A DNA stretch of 64,000 bases, from assembly GCA_035652435.1 (NCBI GenBank), contig DASRDU010000081.1, forward strand, positions 10,511 through 74,510, read 5' to 3'. Position numbers and translations under genes: made by a program. The notes beneath the pieces were generated by a model. It saw only the letters and a list, made by a program, of their open reading frames with translations. It was not told the DNA's origin and made no database searches. This DNA comes from Blastocatellia bacterium. Lineage in GTDB: Bacteria > Acidobacteriota > Blastocatellia > RBC074. Below, piece after piece: positions 58,626 to 64,000 of this stretch; position 1 is the first letter of the stretch, and every line of letters starts with the position of its first letter.

Positions 58626-61211
58626 CTGCGCCGACTCTGCCCTGCTGGTTTGTCGCGGCGGACGTTTCCCGGTGATCCTTTCTGCGAGCAGGTCGAGGGC
58701 CAGAGGGTCATCAATGCCTCTGGGGAAACGGAGGGGTCGTAATTCCTCAAGAAATTTCAAGGCTTCAGGAAGCTGCCTGACTCCCGGCAAAAGGACAGGA
58801 ATCACTTTGTCTCCTTTGAGGCTCACAACGTAGTTAATGTCTTCGGATGCCGAGGCGGTGACTTCGCGCTGACCGATAAAAACAGCGACATGGCTGCTCT
58901 TTGCAATTCCTTCATGATTTTTATCCCTCCATCTTTCCCCGAGGCGGAGTAGTTCTGTGTCAAACCAGACCTTGACGCTGCGAAGCCTTAATTGATCGGC
59001 CACCAATTCGATCTGCTTTAAGTCCGTCAGGTCGTAGTGCAGAAAAACATCAGCCTCATTTACGGTCACGCGGTCTTCGGCTGGAGGAGTACCTGCCACT
59101 GACCGCAGGCTGTCCGCTGGATTCTCAGCAGGTTGATCCCCATTTTCAGCTTTGTCAGATTTTTCAGATTGCCGGGCTGACAGTGTAGTCGCCGCATCAG
59201 GCTCGGTCGTTATTGCCACCGTTCGTGGAACCGGAGGAGACACTTGGAGCAGGCGGCGAATATTCAATCCGGTCAGATCGTACCTGTCCGCGTCTTCAGA
59301 ACGCGTCCCGGGACTGACCGCGGTGCTTTCAATAAAGAGCCCTTTACCGAACAGGCGCATCAGGCCCTGACGTTCGCTCCATCGTTTTGCCAGCGGACCG
59401 GGGCTGGGCAGCCCGTCGGCTTTGGGAAAGGTCAACTGATTTCGATACCAGATTGTCGCATAGCTCTGAAGCTCATTCAGCATTGCCGGATTCTCGTCCA
59501 AGTCATCCAGCAGCAACGGCCATCGCAGACTGATGGCCACGAATTTACTCAGCTTCTCCAGCGTCAGCCGTTGTCCCAGCGGTTCATCGCCGATGATGTC
59601 GAACAAACCGGTTTCATTCGCAATCAGGGTGCGCAATCGGAACAGGTTGATGAATTGTTTGATGCGGCGCGGATTGTTATCCAGCGCGGGCGCGATCATC
59701 AGCGCGATGTTGCGAACACGATCCGAGTCCTTGCTGACGGTCAGCCTGATCGTTTCTCGTCGCTGGCGCTGCGCCTCGGTCAGTTGATTCGCCGCCGGCG
59801 TTTGTGCCGCTGGCAGATTCGCTGACGGTGGCACAGCGACCGGCGTTGGCGCTGCTTCTGTTCCTGTCGCGGGCTGACGACTGACCGGGGTTGGCGCTGG
59901 CTTCTGTCTCGGACCCATGCGGGCAATGCGTTGCCACGATCTGACAATCCAGCCATCAACTTTGGCGGCCTGGGCCGCAGGCTGGTTGATCCGGTCGAGG
60001 AATACTCCCAGATCGAGATTGTCCGGATACGGCATCAGGAAGGGAAGCTGAATGAATTTCTCGATGAAGGTGTAGCCGTATTCCAGCCCCTTCGTCGGAT
60101 CGGCGGCGGGCTTGTCGCCGTTCGGATTCGTGACGGGCGCGGGCGCGAGGTAGGGCAACAGCTTTTCGTATTTCACGGCGAGGCCTGCGGCGACCTTTTC
60201 CCGATCGAGGCCGACGATGAAGATCAGTTGCGGTGAACCGGCAATCATCAGGTTGAGCGCCTGCATCAGGTCGGCGGCCTTCGGCACTTCGCAGCGGTCA
60301 AGATCGTCAATGAACACATAGACCTTGTTGCTGCCGGCGTAAGTCTGCACAATCCGGCTGAAGTCCTGATGAAACTGCTCGATAAAGGCGACGCGGCCCT
60401 GGTAATTCGGCGCGTTGAGGTGTTGCGAGAGATTGATCGCCAGCGGGTTGCCGAAGACGCTTTTGAGTCTGGACAGGAAATAGACTGCGAAGATGGTATA
60501 AGCCGTGATCCCGCCGGTTGTCAGCAGGACTTTGATGATCTCCTGTGGCCCTTTCTCCGCAACCAGAGTCTCCGCGAATGAGTGCTGGCTGCGAAAAACC
60601 TTCAGGGTGGCGAAAGTGATAAAGACGAAGACGGCCAGCGTCGCTGCTGACTGTAAAAGATCAAACCAGCCATCCTGCCATTTGAAGCGCAGCAGCCAGA
60701 GCTTAAGCCACGCCCACACGCGCCGCCGCCACGGCAACTGCCCCGACAGCTTGCGGATGAATTCGAGTGCGAAGGCTGCCCACAAAGCGTCTTCCTTGTC
60801 GTGCCACCACGCGTTGAATTGCACCGTCAGGATTCGCCCGTCGGGCGCTGATGTCTCCCGGCTGCGCAATTCCTTTTCGAGTTGCAGCATGAAGGATGAC
60901 TTGCCGCTGCCCCATGCGCCTTCGATGGAAAGCGTCAGCGGAGGTTGCGTGAGCGGGTTGGTCAGGAAAGCCGCCATTGCCCGGACATAAGGGCCGAAAC
61001 CGAGCAGGTCTTCAGCCGTGGGTTGATCGCCTGTGTGGGAGTCCAGAATGGATTCATCTAGGGGCTGATCCGCAGTCAGTTTTGCCGACTGGGCAGGACT
61101 TCCTGTGTCCGCAGTGGAGCTGGTTCCGTCAGAGGATGACTGACCTGTAGAGGCTGATCCCGACGGATCAGAAGACTCTCCTGACAGAGGTTCTTCCTCT
61201 TCTTCTTCCAT
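58614..61211 (-). CDS. KAP-family P-loop NTPase fused to a C-terminal TIR-like domain (865 aa)
   Basis: Walker A EGAWGSGKSSF (nt 60897-60920). Two TM helices are inserted in the NTPase domain, a KAP hallmark. Walker B VYVFIDDLDRC and NPRRIKQFINLF. C-terminal DVFLHYD...VKVWFD...LRLGERW...HVAVFIG...VIPVLLPG fits a TIR_2-like pattern. Sampled stretches are about 48-57% GC, versus about 65% in one neighbouring stretch sampled. Confidence 0.85.
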   Translation of the reverse strand: MEEEEEEPLSGESSDPSGSASTGQSSSDGTSSTADTGSPAQSAKLTADQPLDESILDSHTGDQPTAEDLLGFGPYVRAMAAFLTNPLTQPPLTLSIEGAWGSGKSSFMLQLEKELRSRETSAPDGRILTVQFNAWWHDKEDALWAAFALEFIRKLSGQLPWRRRVWAWLKLWLLRFKWQDGWFDLLQSAATLAVFVFITFATLKVFRSQHSFAETLVAEKGPQEIIKVLLTTGGITAYTIFAVYFLSRLKSVFGNPLAINLSQHLNAPNYQGRVAFIEQFHQDFSRIVQTYAGSNKVYVFIDDLDRCEVPKAADLMQALNLMIAGSPQLIFIVGLDREKVAAGLAVKYEKLLPYLAPAPVTNPNGDKPAADPTKGLEYGYTFIEKFIQLPFLMPYPDNLDLGVFLDRINQPAAQAAKVDGWIVRSWQRIARMGPRQKPAPTPVSRQPATGTEAAPTPVAVPPSANLPAAQTPAANQLTEAQRQRRETIRLTVSKDSDRVRNIALMIAPALDNNPRRIKQFINLFRLRTLIANETGLFDIIGDEPLGQRLTLEKLSKFVAISLRWPLLLDDLDENPAMLNELQSYATIWYRNQLTFPKADGLPSPGPLAKRWSERQGLMRLFGKGLFIESTAVSPGTRSEDADRYDLTGLNIRRLLQVSPPVPRTVAITTEPDAATTLSARQSEKSDKAENGDQPAENPADSLRSVAGTPPAEDRVTVNEADVFLHYDLTDLKQIELVADQLRLRSVKVWFDTELLRLGERWRDKNHEGIAKSSHVAVFIGQREVTASASEDINYVVSLKGDKVIPVLLPGVRQLPEALKFLEELRPLRFPRGIDDPLALDLLAERITGKRPPRQTSRAESAQLPS
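58677..59057 (-). other. TIR-like domain of the KAP NTPase fusion
   Basis: Residues about 719-845. Has the beta-A DVFLHY motif and an alternating beta/alpha pattern. The candidate catalytic Glu in SASEDINY is uncertain, and the usual Trp is absent. Confidence 0.6.
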
Positions 61212-61362
61212 GACTTGTTCTCCGAACTCTGCGCGTGGAACTCAATCTGCCGCGAATCTTAGCAGATCACCTGCTTCAGGATAAGCCTTCCTGAATCCAT
61301 CGCGTTGCCCGGTTCGTAACGATCACTGTAACAACCGTTCACTGTCCGTCAGGAGGATGCGC

Positions 61363-62097
61363 ATGAATACCCAATCATCACAGGCCAGGACACAATCCAC
61401 GGTCACAGTCAGTCCGTCAGACAAGACTGCCGGGTCAAAGGGCAGACTCAGAAAAATCCTGCTCCCGGTGATTGTCCTGATCATAGCCATTTCCGCCTGG
61501 GCCGCATATGACCTGTTCGGCCCGCGCTCGACGAGCCTGCGACAGTTCGACCCGAACGAGGTCGCGCGGCTCGAAACGGCGATGTGGCGGTCGTATTACG
61601 ACAAGCAGCGCCTCCTGCTCTTCCGCCAGCTCGCCGAGCTGATGCGCACGCAATACCGCCTGCCCTGGTTCAGGTCGAACGCCGTCGCGTATCAGGCCGC
61701 GAAGGCCGCGTTCGTTTTCAAGGACGGGCACGGGCGCGGCGATTACGAAAAGGCGCTGCCCGGTCTGGTGAAGTTTTATGGCGCAATCCACCGGGTCGGC
61801 GACGTGAATTTCGACGTTGACCGGGCGGCAAAGCTGGAGCTGGAGTGGTGGATCATTCACCGCGAGCGCAAAAGACATCCGCGCGAAGACCTCGACCGCG
61901 CACTCGCCGAACTGCCCGCGGAGATTTATCGCATCCCCGCAGGCCGCCTGATGGAACACGCCAGATTGCGGGCCGAAGCGATGCTGATCCGTGATGACAA
62001 GGCCGAGGCCGGCGGCGTTACTGAAGCAGACTGGAAGAGGATTGACGAACTGCTCCACGCCTCGTGGCAGTCGCTGTGGAAAGCAGTGAACTCGTGA
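61363..62097 (+). CDS. Hypothetical single-pass membrane protein
   Basis: TM ILLPVIVLIIAISAWAAYDLF; no recognised family. AGGAGG at 61351-56 favours the ATG at 61363 over 61357. Confidence 0.6.
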   Translation: MNTQSSQARTQSTVTVSPSDKTAGSKGRLRKILLPVIVLIIAISAWAAYDLFGPRSTSLRQFDPNEVARLETAMWRSYYDKQRLLLFRQLAELMRTQYRLPWFRSNAVAYQAAKAAFVFKDGHGRGDYEKALPGLVKFYGAIHRVGDVNFDVDRAAKLELEWWIIHRERKRHPREDLDRALAELPAEIYRIPAGRLMEHARLRAEAMLIRDDKAEAGGVTEADWKRIDELLHASWQSLWKAVNS

Positions 62098-62197
62098 TCA
62101 GGAAAATAGAACACGGATCGGACGGATGCAACCGATCAGTATGGATTGGCCCGTAAGAATCCGCCGCATCCGTCCGATCAGTATTCCATTTCATTTT

Positions 62198-64000
62198 TTA
62201 CTTTGCCGCGACCGTGGGCGTCGGTGATGGCACAGGTGCCGGCGGGGGCAACGGCTTACTCTCGCTCACCCCATTGCCTTCCTTCACGACATACAGCTGG
62301 TTCGCCGCGAGGTCGTTCAGTTTGTCCACCTTCCCGCTCGGCCATTCGATCTCAACCCGCGCGACTTTATCGCTGTGGTTCAACCCGAAAGTCAGCGGCA
62401 GTTCGCTCTGCGAGCAGTAACTGGAGCCGCTATGAACCACCTGCCACTGCTTCGACCCGTCGGGCAGGAAGACCGTGATCTTCGCGCCGATGCCGTCGCG
62501 GTTCGATTTGTCGCCGACGGCTTTGAACCTGACGAAGCGCGCCTGATTGCCGTTATCGTTGCGCAGCAGGTAAGCCGGGCCGCCGTTGGTCGTGACCAGA
62601 ATGTCCAGGTCGCCGTCGTTGTCGAAATCGCCGTAAGCCGCGCCGCGGGCCACAATCGGTTTCTGGAAAGGCTTGCCGGCTTTGGCCGTCACTTCGGTGA
62701 ATTTGCGGCCGCCCTCGTTGCGGAAGAGCTGCGGCTTCATCGCGTAGGTGATCTTCGGCTGCACCTTGTTGATGTCATCGGCGACGTGGCCGTTGGCCAT
62801 AAAGAAATCGGGCCGGCCGTCGAGGTTATAGTCGAAGAAGAACACCCCGAAAGTGAGCGAGAGCATCGTCGCCTGGCCGACGCCGGATGACGGGGCCTCG
62901 TCGCTGAACAGACCCTTCCCCTGATTTCGGAAGACGGCCAGCATGTCGTTTGAGAAGTTGCCGACGATGATGCTCGGATTCCCCGAGCCGTCATAATCGG
63001 CCACGTCAGTGCCCATCCCGCCGCGCGCCCTGCCGTCCTCGCTCACGGCGACGCCCGCGGCCAGAGCCGATTCGGTGAACGTGCCCTTGCCGCCGTTGTT
63101 GTGCCAGAGCTTGTTCGGCTGCGTGTCGTTGGCGACGAAAATATCGGGCCACCCGTCCTTGTCGTAATCAACTATCGCCACGCCGAGCGATTTGCCATTG
63201 GGATCGAGCAGCCCCGCCTTTTCAGTCACGTCCACGAACCTGCCGCCCGTGTTGTGATAGAGCCGCGAACTCTGGCCCGGGTATTTCTCCGGCGTGCAGT
63301 AGCTCTTGTTGACGTTGTCGAGCGCGCAGAAGACATCCTTTTCCGGCGACCATTCGACATAGTTGCACAGGAACAGGTCGAGCTTCCCGTCCTTGTCGTA
63401 ATCAAAGAACGCCGCCGACGAGGAGAAATAACCCGGCGAGGTCAAGCCCACTTTCGCCGTCACGTCAGTGAATTTGCCGTTGCCGCCGTTGCGGAAGAGC
63501 CGACTCTGTCCGAGCGCTGTGACGAAGATGTCAACAAAGCCATCGTTGTCGTAATCGCCGACGGCCACGCCCTGCCCGTACATCGGTTTGGCGAGCCCTG
63601 CCGCCGCAGTGACATCGGTGAAAGTGCCGTTCTGGTTATTGTGATAGAGCGCCATCACCGAACTGGTCTTCTTCGGCGCGTCGGCGAAGCCGGTCGAGTT
63701 GATGAGCAGAATGTCCTGCCAGCCGTCGTTGTCATAATCCAGAAACGCGCAGCCCGACCCGTTCGTTTCCGGCAGGTACTTTTTGCCGAACGCGCCGTTG
63801 TTGTGTTTGAAGCGGATGCCCGCCTGAGCGGTGACATCGGTGAAAGTTACCTCGGCGAATTTCGCCGGGAGCGGCGGCAGCCCGGCGGATGCGACTGGTG
63901 ATGGTGACGCCGAGGCTTCCGATGTCGGGGTTGCGGTTGCTGTCTCGGAAGGTGGCGCCGGCGTGGCACCGGCAGCCCCGGCAGTTGAAGGAGATTTGTT
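62198..64000 (-). CDS. FG-GAP/VCBS-repeat protein with C-terminal ASPIC/UnbV domain (CRTAC1-like); 5' end lies outside the window
   Basis: Repeated DYDNDG(W/F)xD FG-GAP motifs. UnbV/ASPIC tail NRDGIGAKITVF...SGSSYCSQSELPLTFGL. My manual translation shows the frame stays open upstream of the track start (63658) to nt 64000, reading ...FTDVTAQAGIRFKHNNGAFGKKYLPETNGSGCAFLDYDNDGWQDILL. Confidence 0.88.
   Translation of the reverse strand, partial: NKSPSTAGAAGATPAPPSETATATPTSEASASPSPVASAGLPPLPAKFAEVTFTDVTAQAGIRFKHNNGAFGKKYLPETNGSGCAFLDYDNDGWQDILLINSTGFADAPKKTSSVMALYHNNQNGTFTDVTAAAGLAKPMYGQGVAVGDYDNDGFVDIFVTALGQSRLFRNGGNGKFTDVTAKVGLTSPGYFSSSAAFFDYDKDGKLDLFLCNYVEWSPEKDVFCALDNVNKSYCTPEKYPGQSSRLYHNTGGRFVDVTEKAGLLDPNGKSLGVAIVDYDKDGWPDIFVANDTQPNKLWHNNGGKGTFTESALAAGVAVSEDGRARGGMGTDVADYDGSGNPSIIVGNFSNDMLAVFRNQGKGLFSDEAPSSGVGQATMLSLTFGVFFFDYNLDGRPDFFMANGHVADDINKVQPKITYAMKPQLFRNEGGRKFTEVTAKAGKPFQKPIVARGAAYGDFDNDGDLDILVTTNGGPAYLLRNDNGNQARFVRFKAVGDKSNRDGIGAKITVFLPDGSKQWQVVHSGSSYCSQSELPLTFGLNHSDKVARVEIEWPSGKVDKLNDLAANQLYVVKEGNGVSESKPLPPPAPVPSPTPTVAAK

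Overview
High-GC bacterial chromosomal segment (about 60-65% GC by eye). It is most likely Acidobacteriota: it carries TIGR03437-type 'Solibacter C-terminal' modules and membrane-anchored wHTH-TPR regulators. All family names below come from motif recall, not database searches.

Layout:
- (1) 0-5 kb: housekeeping genes (GH43-like hydrolase, ABC1/UbiB kinase, ribF, MBL hydrolase, DUF1844).
- (2) 5.6-17.3 kb: a 10-gene chemosensory cluster. It contains a 1314-aa Cache-HAMP-4xPAS MCP, cheW, cheR, cheA, cheB, cheY and a CheX-like gene, followed by an unusual tail of coiled-coil-GAF, a second receiver and DUF4388.
- (3) 17.7-43 kb: an accessory island with three giant secreted multidomain proteins (about 1655, 3121 and 1689 aa) that all carry a TIGR03437-like module.
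  - Each giant gene is preceded by the same ~35-bp cis element with helically phased TTCG half-sites.
  - Two of them are also preceded by a paralogous 82-aa CxxCxH/HTH ORF and by a divergently transcribed paralogous ToxR/CadC-like wHTH-TM-TPR regulator. I consider this repeated regulator / small factor / giant surface protein cassette the most interesting candidate system in the window.
- (4) 43-51 kb: a TetR-MFP-RND-TolC efflux operon with REP-like palindromes.
- (5) 51.6-58.6 kb: a DUF3857/transglutaminase paralog pair (one copy lacks the catalytic Cys/His), a metallophosphoesterase, an esterase, a GNAT and a small DMT protein.
- (6) 58.6-61.2 kb: a visibly lower-GC single gene encoding a KAP P-loop NTPase fused to a C-terminal TIR-like domain. 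This is a candidate single-gene immunity or abortive-infection system.
- (7) A partial FG-GAP/ASPIC-UnbV gene running off the right edge.

No rRNA, tRNA, CRISPR array or transposase was recognised. Many long antisense ORFs in the track are high-GC artefacts.
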